DNA from: a virus | IMG/VR virus record: IMGVR_UViG_3300045988_183453 | Direction: 5' to 3' (one strand) | Length of the DNA stretch: 64,000 bases | Shown here: in pieces, positions 44,708 to 54,674 of the stretch | Layout of the letters: each line of letters starts with the position of its first letter | Position numbering within the stretch: position 1 is the first letter of the stretch | Notes under the pieces: generated by a model | Told to the model about the DNA's origin: nothing | What the model saw: the letters and a program-made list of their open reading frames with translations, nothing else | Database searches by the model: none | Position numbers and translations under genes: made by a program

Positions 44708-46594
44708 TCACTGCACAATCTCGCCAAGGTCGTTTGCATATTTCGGGCCACACATCATGAAGTAGTTGACGGGGCCGTACTCCAGACCGAGCTCCTGCGC
44801 GTATGCCTTGATAGCTTCCAGAACGTCCTCTTTCTTGAGGCCAAACTTGGAATGCAGACGGGCAAACTCTTTGTCAGAGACAGAAACGCAAGAGCAATTT
44901 TCTGCATCGGTTTCTTTGCTGCCCAGCATCCCGTCAAAGATGTCCTGCCCTGCACAGAGAATCGTCTCATTGTTCATCGCATAGGCGATAACGGAAGCCT
45001 TACAGTCAAAGTCGCTGTCTTCCACAAGGAAATCCTCAGGGCGGCCGTGACGCTCAACAACGTTTTCATAGATGTCCCGGAGTTCGATAGGAGCAGAAGG
45101 AGCGGTCAGAGCTGCTTTATGAAGGCGCATGAATTCCACAAACTTTTCATTCGAGAGGGTATCGGTATAAAAGCCGATGCCGGAAACGCGAACCTTCACT
45201 TCGCTGGCAAAGTAATCGTCAATTTTGGAAACGATTTTCTGCTGGACCCGCTTGTATGCTTCCTGAACATTGGAAGCCGTGTAAAATACCGGGAACTTCA
45301 TGATGTCGATTCCCTCCGGCAGACTCGCGTCATAGGCCGCATCAATGCCACCTCGCAGCGCCGGAACCGCGTCATGCAGCTCTTTCACAGAAGAAATGTA
45401 TCCGGTAATGTACAGCTCATCGTTTTTGCTGTAATGCCCGATAAGTCCCACATAGAGGGTCTGCATCAGCATCCGCTTGAAGCTGAACCAACAAAGACGA
45501 ATGGGTAGAATGACATTAGCAGCCGTACCTTCCGCACGATAGGTGCCGGGGGCAGAGACCTTTTCCAGCAGAATCTGGTCGTTCTTGTCACCGTATTTTT
45601 CCTTGAAAAGAGCTTGAAGAATTTCAGTGGACGAAAGAGGAGTGGACATTGGAATCGTTTCATTCAGAAAAGAGAGGAATGCATCCACGTTGTCTTTCTG
45701 CCATGCGTCATCAGACATGCTTGCACGCTGCATAGAGAGCTTGTCTTTCCCGTCGTCAGGCAAGGGCTTATACCCACAGGCGATACGAAGCTCGTTCTCC
45801 GTGACAGCATCCGTTGCGCTTGCAATTTTCTTGATGGTATTTTCGGTCGGCTGAGCTTTTGCGTTGCCATTCACGAGGCTGCTGATATACCCACGAGTCA
45901 GTCCTGCCTGAAACGCAAACTTACCCTGTGTTCGGGTTCCGATGGCTTTTTTGACCAGCGATGCCAGCCTTTGAAAGTCGGGCTCTTTGGGAAAGGTGGC
46001 CTCCGTATCCTTATTGCTGTTCTTTTCAAGTACCGACTTGTCCCAACCGGTGACAAGAGAATACCCAATATCCCTCAAGGATTGATAGGCAACCCCATTC
46101 TGGTCAAGAGCCGGGGAGTATGTACCGCTGTTATCTTCCAGCTGCTCTACTGCGTCACGCACCATCCTTGCTTCGTTCATCAGGATGACGTCCGGGGCTT
46201 CAAGCCGGGCAAGACTCTTGTACCGATTATTGAGGCGCTCGACTCGTGCGGCCAATGCAGTGATGTTGGCAACTTGGTCTTCCGTTGCATGGGCAGAGAT
46301 ATCTGCACCAAGTTCAAAATGGTTCAGTGCAGGAATATCCACGCCTTTGCTCTTGGCGAATTCCACAATGGCTTCCGCGCCATAGAAACGCTTCTCATGG
46401 GCTGCGACAACTTTCGTTATCGTGTCGGCCGAGTTGTCCAGCTCAAGCACTTCACCTTTTCCGGCATCCTCGACATAACACCTGGCGTTGGTGAGAAAGC
46501 CTTTCAAAAAATCAGCATCCACATCCAGCTTCTTAGCGATGCCGGGCAGCTGCTTATAGAAAATCACGGGCGTGGCGAGGTTAACAGAAATCAT
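44708..46594 (-). CDS. Large protein with central XRE-type HTH (628 aa)
   Basis: Central GLTRGYISSLVNGNAKAQPTENTIKKIASATDAVTENELRIACGY, an HTH_XRE pattern. The flanking domains are unassigned. Confidence 0.55.
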   Translation of the reverse strand: MISVNLATPVIFYKQLPGIAKKLDVDADFLKGFLTNARCYVEDAGKGEVLELDNSADTITKVVAAHEKRFYGAEAIVEFAKSKGVDIPALNHFELGADISAHATEDQVANITALAARVERLNNRYKSLARLEAPDVILMNEARMVRDAVEQLEDNSGTYSPALDQNGVAYQSLRDIGYSLVTGWDKSVLEKNSNKDTEATFPKEPDFQRLASLVKKAIGTRTQGKFAFQAGLTRGYISSLVNGNAKAQPTENTIKKIASATDAVTENELRIACGYKPLPDDGKDKLSMQRASMSDDAWQKDNVDAFLSFLNETIPMSTPLSSTEILQALFKEKYGDKNDQILLEKVSAPGTYRAEGTAANVILPIRLCWFSFKRMLMQTLYVGLIGHYSKNDELYITGYISSVKELHDAVPALRGGIDAAYDASLPEGIDIMKFPVFYTASNVQEAYKRVQQKIVSKIDDYFASEVKVRVSGIGFYTDTLSNEKFVEFMRLHKAALTAPSAPIELRDIYENVVERHGRPEDFLVEDSDFDCKASVIAYAMNNETILCAGQDIFDGMLGSKETDAENCSCVSVSDKEFARLHSKFGLKKEDVLEAIKAYAQELGLEYGPVNYFMMCGPKYANDLGEIVQ

Positions 46595-46837
46595 GGTGTA
46601 CTCCTTTCAAACGTGTCATTTACTGTACAAAACTGTCATCTTATGTAATTATAATAGCACATCTCGCACTAAAAAGCAAGCGCTAATTTACAACAAATGA
46701 CAATAAAACACACAAGATGACATATTTGAGCAAAGCGATTGATTCTTGAGCTTTCCGGCTTGGTGACAGAACAAGCTCTATGCGCCTTGTCTTTACCACA
46801 ATTTTGCCACAGTTTTGCCTTGTGCATCCGTGCAAAT

Positions 46838-46857
46838 TGAATGCAATTAAAGATGTC
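46838..46857 (+). promoter_or_regulatory. Variant motif promoter P6 (CCGTGCAAATTGAATGCAAT)
   Basis: TTGTGC-N16-TGCAAT, in the divergent region between 44708..46594(-) and 46897(+). Confidence 0.45.
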
Positions 46858-46896
46858 GAAAGATAAAGCACAACACACAAAAAAGGAAATTTCACT

Positions 46897-47217
46897 ATGA
46901 ACACCAGTATTTTGAAACTCGAAGCCACTGTAATCCGCCCCAAAGACGATGATGAACTTGACGACCTTGCCGCATCCATCAGCTTTCCCGTCGAATGCGA
47001 TGATGAAGCAATTGGCGAGGCTCTGGGCGACCATGACCTGATGGCCTATGTTGTCGGAGAGCTACACGACCTCGTTGTCCGAATGCGTCCCGAATGGCTG
47101 GATAATGAGGATACTAGCCTGACCATCAAGGCATTCCTGGACGAAGCTGAGTACCAGACGTTCAAGGGCCTTGTCGCGATGAAAGAAGACAGCTACACCT
47201 TTGATATTGAGGGCTAA
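46897..47217 (+). CDS. Small acidic protein (106 aa)
   Basis: RBS AAAAAGGAAA. Confidence 0.5.
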   Translation: MNTSILKLEATVIRPKDDDELDDLAASISFPVECDDEAIGEALGDHDLMAYVVGELHDLVVRMRPEWLDNEDTSLTIKAFLDEAEYQTFKGLVAMKEDSYTFDIEG

Positions 47218-47244
47218 ACGCCACAGAGCAAAAAGCAAACCCTG

Positions 47245-47274
47245 CCTGCAGTAAAATGCGGGTAGGACTTTTTT
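47245..47274 (+). terminator. Possible terminator
   Basis: cctgca-gtaaaa-tgcggg followed by ttttttg after a 6-nt gap. Confidence 0.35.
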
Positions 47275-47279
47275 GTCTG

Positions 47280-47340
47280 CGTAGCTGCATCCTTTTGTCC
47301 GCAGAAACCGTAGGTGCCAGGATGCGTAGCTGCCAGTATG
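47280..47340. repeat. Second locus of the GCGTAGCTGC / AACCGTAGGTGCC motif pair
   Basis: gtctgcgtagctgc…aaaccgtaggtgccaggatgcgtagctgcc; the same 10-12-mers occur in 13965-14195. Confidence 0.55.
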
Positions 47341-47352
47341 ACTTGACCTGAT

Positions 47353-47370
47353 GTGCGAATTTTATACAAT
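47353..47370 (+). promoter_or_regulatory. Motif promoter P7 (TGTGCGAATTTTATACAAT)
   Basis: TTGACC-N16-TACAAT. Confidence 0.55.
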
Positions 47371-47376
47371 CGGATT

Positions 47377-47455
47377 TGTACGAGAGATACTATTCACACA
47401 ATAGGATTCACACGAAGCTGCTCGGGAGCCGTATGGCTGCTGGGTGGCTTTTTCT
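47377..47455 (+). ncRNA. Candidate short RNA (~80 nt) from P7, ending in a T-run terminator
   Basis: Contains AGATACTA…ATAGGATTCACA, shared with the leader at 54915-54965. 3' end …GGGTGGCTTTTTCTTTT. Confidence 0.4.
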
Positions 47456-47458
47456 TTT

Positions 47459-47477
47459 GTGCGAGTTGCGTACAATA
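47459..47477 (+). promoter_or_regulatory. Motif promoter P8 (TGTGCGAGTTGCGTACAAT)
   Basis: Directly after the P7 RNA terminator; weak -35. Confidence 0.5.
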
Positions 47478-47500
47478 TAAATCAAACGGAGGAAATTACC

Positions 47501-47908
47501 ATGAAAAAATTTATTGGAACTGCTTTGGCATTATGCTGCCTGGCTCTACCTTTGGCTGGCTGTGAGGACGCAATCAGCACTGTGACAAGTACCACAATGT
47601 CTGAACTCGAAGATATCCCGAACCAGATATTGGCCACACCGGAAAGTGCTGAGATGAAACTGGAATACAATTACATTCATTTTCGTTACGACAACATCTG
47701 GACTGTATCCGCTCTCGTAAGCTACGAAATCGTGGACAACGGGCAAAACATCAAATTTGAAATCAACGATAGTCGTTATCGAGACAAGGTTTTCTATACC
47801 AGCATGTCGAATGTAGAGCTCGTATACCGAGACAATAACGTTGATTATGACACGGACTACACCATCTATCCAGGGAATGCTTCGAAATTTGGAAAGGGTG
47901 GTAAGTAA
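47501..47908 (+). CDS. Lipoprotein (135 aa)
   Basis: MKKFIGTALALCCLALPLAGC lipobox after the RBS GGAGGAAA. Confidence 0.6.
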   Translation: MKKFIGTALALCCLALPLAGCEDAISTVTSTTMSELEDIPNQILATPESAEMKLEYNYIHFRYDNIWTVSALVSYEIVDNGQNIKFEINDSRYRDKVFYTSMSNVELVYRDNNVDYDTDYTIYPGNASKFGKGGK

Positions 47909-47909
47909 G

Positions 47910-48386
47910 ATGGGCATTAGATTTATCGACGGCAATATTTTTTCACGACTTTCTGCGAGTAAGCCAACTTACATTTGCCAGCAAGTAAATTGCAAAGGCG
48001 TGATGGGAGCCGGACTCGCGATGCAAATTCGCAGCCAATGGCCGGTAGTATATCGGCGCTATCTGGGACTTTGCTATGGCAGTGATGGCAACAAGCTTGG
48101 GACTTATCAAGAAGTTCTGGTAGAGCCGAAGCTGTACATCGTGAACCTGTTCGGCCAAAATGGCTATGGCCGGAGCGAAAGACAAACAAATTACGCTGCA
48201 CTGGCGGCTGCGCTGTTCTCGTTTTTTAGAGACTGCGCTCGAAAGAATCAGGACGTAACTATCCGGCTGCCATATGGTTTAGGCTGCGGACTTGCCGGAG
48301 GCGACTGGGACACGGTTCTGGACATCATCAGCGATGCAGCAAAAGCCTGGAATCTGAATGTTGAGATTTGGGAACTCCAGAAATAA
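47910..48386 (+). CDS. Macro-domain protein (ADP-ribose binding / hydrolase fold)
   Basis: FIDGNIF…YICQQVNCKGVMGAGLAMQI … LPYGLGCGLAGGDW, colinear with YmdB/MacroD-type macro domains. ATG 1 nt after the upstream stop. Confidence 0.6.
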   Translation: MGIRFIDGNIFSRLSASKPTYICQQVNCKGVMGAGLAMQIRSQWPVVYRRYLGLCYGSDGNKLGTYQEVLVEPKLYIVNLFGQNGYGRSERQTNYAALAAALFSFFRDCARKNQDVTIRLPYGLGCGLAGGDWDTVLDIISDAAKAWNLNVEIWELQK

Positions 48387-48395
48387 TAGCAATAA

Positions 48396-48433
48396 GACCT
48401 TTACCGAAATTCGGTAAGGGTCTTTCTTTTTTT
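48396..48433 (+). terminator. Rho-independent terminator
   Basis: agacctttaccgaaattcggtaagggtct followed by TTCTTTTTTT. Confidence 0.7.
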
Positions 48434-48556
48434 GTAGGGATGCAAATATGTACAGATTGCAAACAAATGACACCTGCCGTTGCAGAAAAAGCACGATAGT
48501 GGGATAATATTAGTAAAGAAACAACAACATCATCAGTAAAGTAAGTGAAAAAGCCT

Positions 48557-49564
48557 ATGACAAACGCAGAACTAAAAGCAATCGTCCAGCGCGAGGAATA
48601 CGATTTCCTGCGCACTAACAAACACTTGGGGAGCAACATTTTATTCCTAACGCTTAGCGGCAGTCACGCCTACGGAACCAACGTCGAAGGCTCCGATATC
48701 GATATACGTGGCGTGGCAGGCTCACCCGAAATCTTAGGGTTTAACCACTTCGAGCAGGCCATTGACAACCGGACAGATACAGTCATCTACGCTGTGAACA
48801 AGTTTGTCAGCTTGCTTGCGCAGGGTAATCCCAACATTATCGAACTTTTTGGCAATGACCCGGAGCTATATGTGAACATGACGCCGGAAGGCCAAATGCT
48901 GCTTGACAATAGGGAACTGTTCTTGACTCGGCGCATTGCCTACAGCTATGGCGGCTTTGCGAACGACCAGCTCAGACGTTTGCAGATGGGACTCCTTCGT
49001 AATGGGGCCTCGCCGGAAGCATTCAAGAACAAATTCGAGAAGAGAAGCCTGGAACGGTCGATTACCGGATGGGGCGTGGATGACATTTTTGAAATCTCCA
49101 TCAGTGAGGATACAGATGAAGAAGGCAAACATCCGCTCCTGATTTCTTGCAGCTTGAACGATTATCCAGTCACCTCTCTAAAGTCGCTGCTAAAGAGTCT
49201 GACTACGACCATCGACCAGTATGAGCAGCCGCAGCATCCGAAAGCACAAAAAGATGCTGCCCACATCAACAAACACGCGATGCACATTGTGCGGTTATAC
49301 TACACGGCGTTCGATATTCTGGAAAAAGGCGAGATTATCACTCACCGAGACAAGGAACGCGAGGAACTGTTGGCGATTCGCAACGGCAAGTACCTGCGTG
49401 AAGACGGGTCGTACGCACCCGAATTCTTTGAGTTTGTTGATGCGCTTGAAAAGAGATTTCAGGATGACGTGAGGAAAACCTCTCTTCCTGCTAAGCCTGA
49501 CTTTGGAAAAATTGAGGAGCTTCTGGTGGAAATCAACAAGTCATATTTGCGGCGTATCGTGTGA
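48557..49564 (+). CDS. Pol-beta superfamily nucleotidyltransferase-domain protein
   Basis: LTLSGSHAYGTNVEGSDIDIRGV, the hG[GS]…[DE]h[DE]h NTase signature. Confidence 0.6.
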   Translation: MTNAELKAIVQREEYDFLRTNKHLGSNILFLTLSGSHAYGTNVEGSDIDIRGVAGSPEILGFNHFEQAIDNRTDTVIYAVNKFVSLLAQGNPNIIELFGNDPELYVNMTPEGQMLLDNRELFLTRRIAYSYGGFANDQLRRLQMGLLRNGASPEAFKNKFEKRSLERSITGWGVDDIFEISISEDTDEEGKHPLLISCSLNDYPVTSLKSLLKSLTTTIDQYEQPQHPKAQKDAAHINKHAMHIVRLYYTAFDILEKGEIITHRDKEREELLAIRNGKYLREDGSYAPEFFEFVDALEKRFQDDVRKTSLPAKPDFGKIEELLVEINKSYLRRIV

Positions 49565-49688
49565 AGCGGAACACCAACGACAACAACCATTAAGGCTGTA
49601 CAAGATTATGCGCTCATTCGCAAGTCGCGGGTGGGCGTTCTTTTTTGCCCAAAAAACAAAAATAAACATAGTAAAAAGCCTTGCACAT

Positions 49689-49708
49689 CTGTGCGAATCA
49701 GATATAAT
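49689..49708 (+). promoter_or_regulatory. Motif promoter P9 (CTGTGCGAATCAGATATAAT)
   Basis: TTGCAC-N16-TATAAT. Confidence 0.6.
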
Positions 49709-49732
49709 AACCCTAATAAGATAAAAATTGTG

Positions 49733-49773
49733 CCCTGACGGCATCTGAATTGGATGCTGCCGGGGCATTTTTG
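49733..49773 (+). terminator. Leader hairpin plus T-run (attenuator-like) before the helicase gene
   Basis: ccctgacggcatctgaattggatgctgccgggg followed by cATTTTTG. Confidence 0.45.
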
Positions 49774-49794
49774 TTTGTTAAGGAGAATTTGGCT

Positions 49795-52515
49795 ATGACA
49801 CTGAACGACTTGTCAAGCGAACAGCAGGAATTCGTACATTTGGCATTGTCGGGCAAAAACGTATTGTGTGACGCCTGCATCGGCAGCGGAAAAACATCGA
49901 CTATCAACGTACTCTGCGATGCATATCCACCAGAACGGCGTATTTTGTACTTGACCTACAACCGATTACTCAAACTTGATGCCAAAGACAAAATCAAGAA
50001 TGGCAATGTCCTGGTTCAGAACTATCATGGATTTGCAAGCCTGCTGCTGAACAAAAAGGGAATCCGGAATTGCGGACAGGGCGAACAGCTTGCCATGGTA
50101 TTGGAAAAGAAAATTCCGATTCCGCCGATTGATACTCTTATCATTGACGAGTATCAGGATATCAATGACGAGATTGCAGAACTGCTCAAATATATCCGTT
50201 CTCAGAATCCGGGCCTTCAAATCGTCGCAGTGGGCGATATGAAGCAGAAAATCTACGATGATACAGCGCTGGATGTCTGGGAGTTCATGCAGAATTTTCT
50301 CGGCCGCCATGAACAGGTGGTTTTCACGAAATGCTTCCGTATTTCTCATGACTTGGCAGAACGACTCGGCAATATCTGGGGCAAGACCATCAACGGCGTA
50401 AATGGTTCCTGCATCGTGGAACAGATGTCAGTCGATGAGGTGACGGAGTTTCTGAATAAACAAAACCCGAAAGATGTTTTGTGTCTGGGCGCTCGAATCG
50501 GAGCTATGACAAAGGTGCTCAATGACCTGGAAAATCGCCCCGGAAACCTCTATGACAAGCATCACGTCTATGCAAGTATCGCGGACAATGACGGGGATAA
50601 GGCGGTAGCACCTTCCTCAGATGTTGGTATCTTCACAACATTTGACGGCAGCAAAGGTATGGAGCGACCTATCTGTGTCGTGTTCGATTTCACGGAAGAA
50701 TACTGGTCGTCTCGCACAAGCAAACCGATGGCACGATATGAGATTCTTCGGAATCTGTTTTGTGTCGCAGCAAGCCGAGGAAAGCAGCGAATCATTTTCG
50801 TAAACTCAGACCATCCGTTGAGCGATAAATCTCTGATGACCCCAACTGAAACTCTTCGCGGATTTCCGCATCCGTTCGCATTCTCTGAGATGTTTGACCA
50901 TAAATTCATCGAGGATGTAGATGCCTGCTATAAGCTGTTGGAAGTCACACCGATTGAACGTAATGATACCACGACCATTGATATCCAGACGGCAGATGCA
51001 ATGATTGATTTGTCTCCCTGCATCAGCATCTACATGCAGGCAGGATTCTTTAATTCCTACGATATAGATGACGCACTTGCGTATTACATGGACCTGCATA
51101 AAGACATGCAGTATTTGAAAATCAAGAAGGGCGCAACGGTCGAGGATAAGGTTCTACTGCTCACAGCACTCGAAACGAATCAGTGCAGGTATGTAAAACA
51201 GGTCAAGCCTCCTTTTGTGAACGCAAAAGCCAAAATGTCGCTCAGTATGCGGCTTGGAACCGTGTTCACTCCCGATGAATATGTTCAGGCACGCGGCGAT
51301 ATCGAAATTCATACTAAGGACTATAAAGTGATTTATACCTCGGGCCTTGCAGATGTCGTAAAGAACAACACCGTCTACTGCATCAAGTTCATTAGCAGTC
51401 TGGCACACAAGCATTTTCTGCAGTGTGCGTGTTCTATGATTGCGCTGGGTCTTCCATATGGCGTTGTCTGGAACGTGAAAAGTAACCTGATGTACAGCGT
51501 AAAAATCAAGGATAAGGACGCTCTGATTGACGCAATCCTCAAGTGCATCACGAAACGAGCTTACAACGGCGCGGATTATTACACCTGCCGAAAAGGCTTT
51601 GTACAGGATACGGCATCGATTATTGACCGCTGGACTGACGACGGATATGCGGAAGAGCCCACCACTATCACTTCTGGCGACGGTATCGCCATCATCAAGC
51701 AGGGAACTCGCTATTTTGTGATGGACGGAGCACGCCGAAACACCCTGAACGATAATTTCGGGCTTGGTTTTGCCGATGTGAAAGACGCTTGTCTTGCTTA
51801 TGCGAAGAGTTGCGAACTTCAAAAAACCGTGGACCATGATTCTCCTTATTCCGAAGTCGAGTTCTGGCTCGACCAGAACAAAGCGTTTGAGGAATACATG
51901 ACGCAAGTAAGCCATGAAATCGAACAGCACAAGGAAGGACCGTATGCAAAGTATAAGTCTTTTGCTGCTCCCGCTGTCCGAAAGATGCTGGCTGAAAAGG
52001 GACTGACCATCACGTTCCCGGAAAAAGCCCTCATCAAGGTCTGGAAGATGCGCCGTGTCGAAGATGCCATGTATCAGAAAATTGAAGAAGCAAAGAAGCA
52101 GAACAGCTCCAATGTACCGCTTGATGAGGCGTTCTTTGACTCTGAACTGGTGGATTCCGTTGAGGGAAGCATCGAAAGCGCCAAGGCAAAATCCAAGCCC
52201 AAAAAGGAATCCGCATTACCATTTTCCAAGTACGGCACAGATGAGAAGAAGAGCTATCGTGTCGTGAAAAGCGATGAACTCTCAAAGCCCAACCAGCCCC
52301 GTTATGTTGTGGTCGAGACCGCTACTGATAAAGTCCTGGACAATGCTAACGGATATGGCTACCTTTCCTATCAGGCTGCCTGGAAAGGCTATTCGTACAA
52401 GAGCAAGCATCATCTGGACGGCACGAAGAAAACGATAAGTAAGAGTGCAAAAGAGCAGGCAAAGAAAAAGGCGGCTTTCTTTTCAACTGACTCGGAGCAG
52501 CTCAGCTTTGGCTGA
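49795..52515 (+). CDS. UvrD/Rep-like superfamily 1 helicase
   Basis: Walker A CDACIGSGKTS and Walker B LIIDEYQDI (DExQD). 906 aa with RBS AAGGAGAA. Confidence 0.7.
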   Translation: MTLNDLSSEQQEFVHLALSGKNVLCDACIGSGKTSTINVLCDAYPPERRILYLTYNRLLKLDAKDKIKNGNVLVQNYHGFASLLLNKKGIRNCGQGEQLAMVLEKKIPIPPIDTLIIDEYQDINDEIAELLKYIRSQNPGLQIVAVGDMKQKIYDDTALDVWEFMQNFLGRHEQVVFTKCFRISHDLAERLGNIWGKTINGVNGSCIVEQMSVDEVTEFLNKQNPKDVLCLGARIGAMTKVLNDLENRPGNLYDKHHVYASIADNDGDKAVAPSSDVGIFTTFDGSKGMERPICVVFDFTEEYWSSRTSKPMARYEILRNLFCVAASRGKQRIIFVNSDHPLSDKSLMTPTETLRGFPHPFAFSEMFDHKFIEDVDACYKLLEVTPIERNDTTTIDIQTADAMIDLSPCISIYMQAGFFNSYDIDDALAYYMDLHKDMQYLKIKKGATVEDKVLLLTALETNQCRYVKQVKPPFVNAKAKMSLSMRLGTVFTPDEYVQARGDIEIHTKDYKVIYTSGLADVVKNNTVYCIKFISSLAHKHFLQCACSMIALGLPYGVVWNVKSNLMYSVKIKDKDALIDAILKCITKRAYNGADYYTCRKGFVQDTASIIDRWTDDGYAEEPTTITSGDGIAIIKQGTRYFVMDGARRNTLNDNFGLGFADVKDACLAYAKSCELQKTVDHDSPYSEVEFWLDQNKAFEEYMTQVSHEIEQHKEGPYAKYKSFAAPAVRKMLAEKGLTITFPEKALIKVWKMRRVEDAMYQKIEEAKKQNSSNVPLDEAFFDSELVDSVEGSIESAKAKSKPKKESALPFSKYGTDEKKSYRVVKSDELSKPNQPRYVVVETATDKVLDNANGYGYLSYQAAWKGYSYKSKHHLDGTKKTISKSAKEQAKKKAAFFSTDSEQLSFG

Positions 52516-52741
52516 TTCAGAAAATCGAACTATAGCTCATGAACTCGTGGTTCAATCGGCAGGGATGCCATATCGCTGCTGATGAGAGGGGGCGTTATGC
52601 ACAGACTCAGAACGTTGCGCATTGTTTCGATGCAGCCACGCCAACTCGACCAACACGAATATAATCACAAATCAGGGAATTTTTCTGAATATCAATAACA
52701 AATATCAAACACACGCCTACTTGGGCAGAAAGGAATCACAA

Positions 52742-53608
52742 ATGGGACGCTATAATTTTAATCAGAGGACTCGGGACGGCTACGAAATCTCGCCCGAACA
52801 GGCTAAAAAGTGGCTCGAAAAAAACGACAATAACCGGAACATCAACTACGCCAAAGTCAAGAAGATGGCGAAAGACATGAAGGAAGGACACTGGGATACA
52901 ACACATCAAGGTATCGCCATTGCCTCCGACGGTACACTGGTCGATGGTCAGCATAGATTGCTCGCTATCGTGGAGTCCGGCGTGACTGTGCGTATGAATG
53001 TTACCTTCAATGCCTCCAAATCTCAACATATCGACTCCGGCAACAGCCGCTCAATGGCAAACCGTGTACAGATGTCGGACTACGATATGAGTTGGACGAA
53101 CAAGACGATTCTCTCCGCAGCAAACCTCATTGGTCGCCTGTTTGCAGGCTCAAATCTCAGCCACGAAGAAGCTCTGAGCGAGTGGCTGATGAGGTATCGC
53201 ACGCAAATCGAATCTACATCCAAATGCATCAAAAAAGCTACGCTGCCGGGACTCAACTCCGCCGGTACGACAGCGGCTATCATTGTAGCCGCCATGAACG
53301 ATGTCCCCGCTATCTACATTGAGAAATTCATGGACGTGTTCTATTCTGGATTCACCAACAACGAAGCCGAGCATTATGCTATCACGCTGCGGGACGAACT
53401 GCTGCGTGAAAATCGTGTCAAACGCGGCACACAGTATGCAAAGTTTGCCTTCTACCGTACAGCCAACCGGCTGAACCAGTATTATAAGACGGCTACCGGG
53501 CAGCGCGTTGCCAAGCGCGTCAATGACGGCGATTTCCCGTACAATGTTTATGATGCCAACGGCGGTATCGTAAAACCAGAAACCAAGAAAACCAAGAAAG
53601 CCGGGTAA
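52742..53608 (+). CDS. DGQHR-domain protein (ParB/Srx-fold; DndB-like)
   Basis: EGHWDTTHQGIAIASDGTLVDGQHRLLAI contains the literal DGQHR motif. The start MGRYNF is inferred from the first ATG; the upstream part of the track ORF has many rare codons. Confidence 0.55.
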   Translation: MGRYNFNQRTRDGYEISPEQAKKWLEKNDNNRNINYAKVKKMAKDMKEGHWDTTHQGIAIASDGTLVDGQHRLLAIVESGVTVRMNVTFNASKSQHIDSGNSRSMANRVQMSDYDMSWTNKTILSAANLIGRLFAGSNLSHEEALSEWLMRYRTQIESTSKCIKKATLPGLNSAGTTAAIIVAAMNDVPAIYIEKFMDVFYSGFTNNEAEHYAITLRDELLRENRVKRGTQYAKFAFYRTANRLNQYYKTATGQRVAKRVNDGDFPYNVYDANGGIVKPETKKTKKAG

Positions 53609-53715
53609 TGCCATCAACTTGAGTCTTAACAGCTGTATGGATGTTGCAAAACTAAGATATAGCCCAAAAAATTCCGATAAATCGCATAAAAAATTGTTGC
53701 AAGGAGACAAAAACT

Positions 53716-53991
53716 ATGAATAAGTTTGAAGCAAGGAGCACGCTGGGGAGCGAGGCTGTCCCGGTTTTCGACGATGACGGTGAGCTCACGGAATGGCTGC
53801 ACCGGGATAACTACACTGTTGAAGAGCTGGAACTGATGAACTTCGTCGGCAAAGAAAAGCCTGTCATCAATAAGGATGGCGTGAAAATCGTTCGGGATGG
53901 CACGGTCATTCGGAGAACCAACACTGAAACAAGAAAAACTGAATTTCTATTCATCCCGCGCATTGTCACCAGCGAACAGAAAACGGTGTGA
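53716..53991 (+). CDS. Hypothetical small protein
   Basis: 91 aa with RBS AAGGAGA. Confidence 0.45.
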   Translation: MNKFEARSTLGSEAVPVFDDDGELTEWLHRDNYTVEELELMNFVGKEKPVINKDGVKIVRDGTVIRRTNTETRKTEFLFIPRIVTSEQKTV

Positions 53992-54281
53992 GGTGCAACG
54001 TGGTCAAAATTTATGGGTCCAGTGACGACCTTGTCTGCCTGGATAATTCCAACTATGGGGTCGATGAAATTGGTTGCTTCGATGTCAAGGGAGTTCGGCT
54101 GTTCCTGGATGATGACACGATTTTGGTAGTGCGCTATTCGAACGGTATCTGGCGCATCGAAATCGAGCGAAAGGGTACTGCACCATATCAGCATGAGGTC
54201 TGTGCGGGCAATGATGAGGCCGATTACAGCGATATCTTTTGTACGGAATCCGACGTTATTGCGCACGAAATCATTCGATGA
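53988..54281 (+). CDS. Hypothetical small protein
   Basis: GTGA overlap with the upstream gene; 97 aa. Confidence 0.4.
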   Translation: MRCNVVKIYGSSDDLVCLDNSNYGVDEIGCFDVKGVRLFLDDDTILVVRYSNGIWRIEIERKGTAPYQHEVCAGNDEADYSDIFCTESDVIAHEIIR

Positions 54282-54295
54282 GGATTGGAGCAGCC

Positions 54296-54481
54296 ATGGC
54301 AAAAACTCTTCTGACTCAAAAAATAGAATCAGCGCTAAAGGTTTGGCATCCTGCCAACTATGGTGAATACCAGGTTGATTCGTTCCGTCAAGGCTTCGAC
54401 GCTCTGGAAGTACCTGTCGAGTGCGGTTCGATAAAATCCGGCCTTGTTCGCCTATTCAAAACTGGAATATCAGTAATGTGA
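54296..54481 (+). CDS. Hypothetical small protein (61 aa)
   Basis: ATG after the RBS GAGGATTGGAG. Confidence 0.35.
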   Translation: MAKTLLTQKIESALKVWHPANYGEYQVDSFRQGFDALEVPVECGSIKSGLVRLFKTGISVM

Positions 54482-54554
54482 CTTCACGAACTGATATGTT
54501 TACAAATGCTCCGTGCGGTGACATCTTTGCATCTGCAGCATAAAGGAGGACTAA

Positions 54555-54674
54555 ATGAAAAGGCTTTTGAAAATCATCATTTTCGCTATCCTGGCCGGAC
54601 TTAGTATTTTTTGGTATACAGAAAGTCAGAAGCGCCGAACTCTGATTCCGCTCGAATTTCGAGGCGAGTGAGAT
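54555..54674 (+). CDS. Small single-TM protein (39 aa)
   Basis: RBS AAAGGAGGA; MKRLLKIIIFAILAGLSIFWY. Confidence 0.35.
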
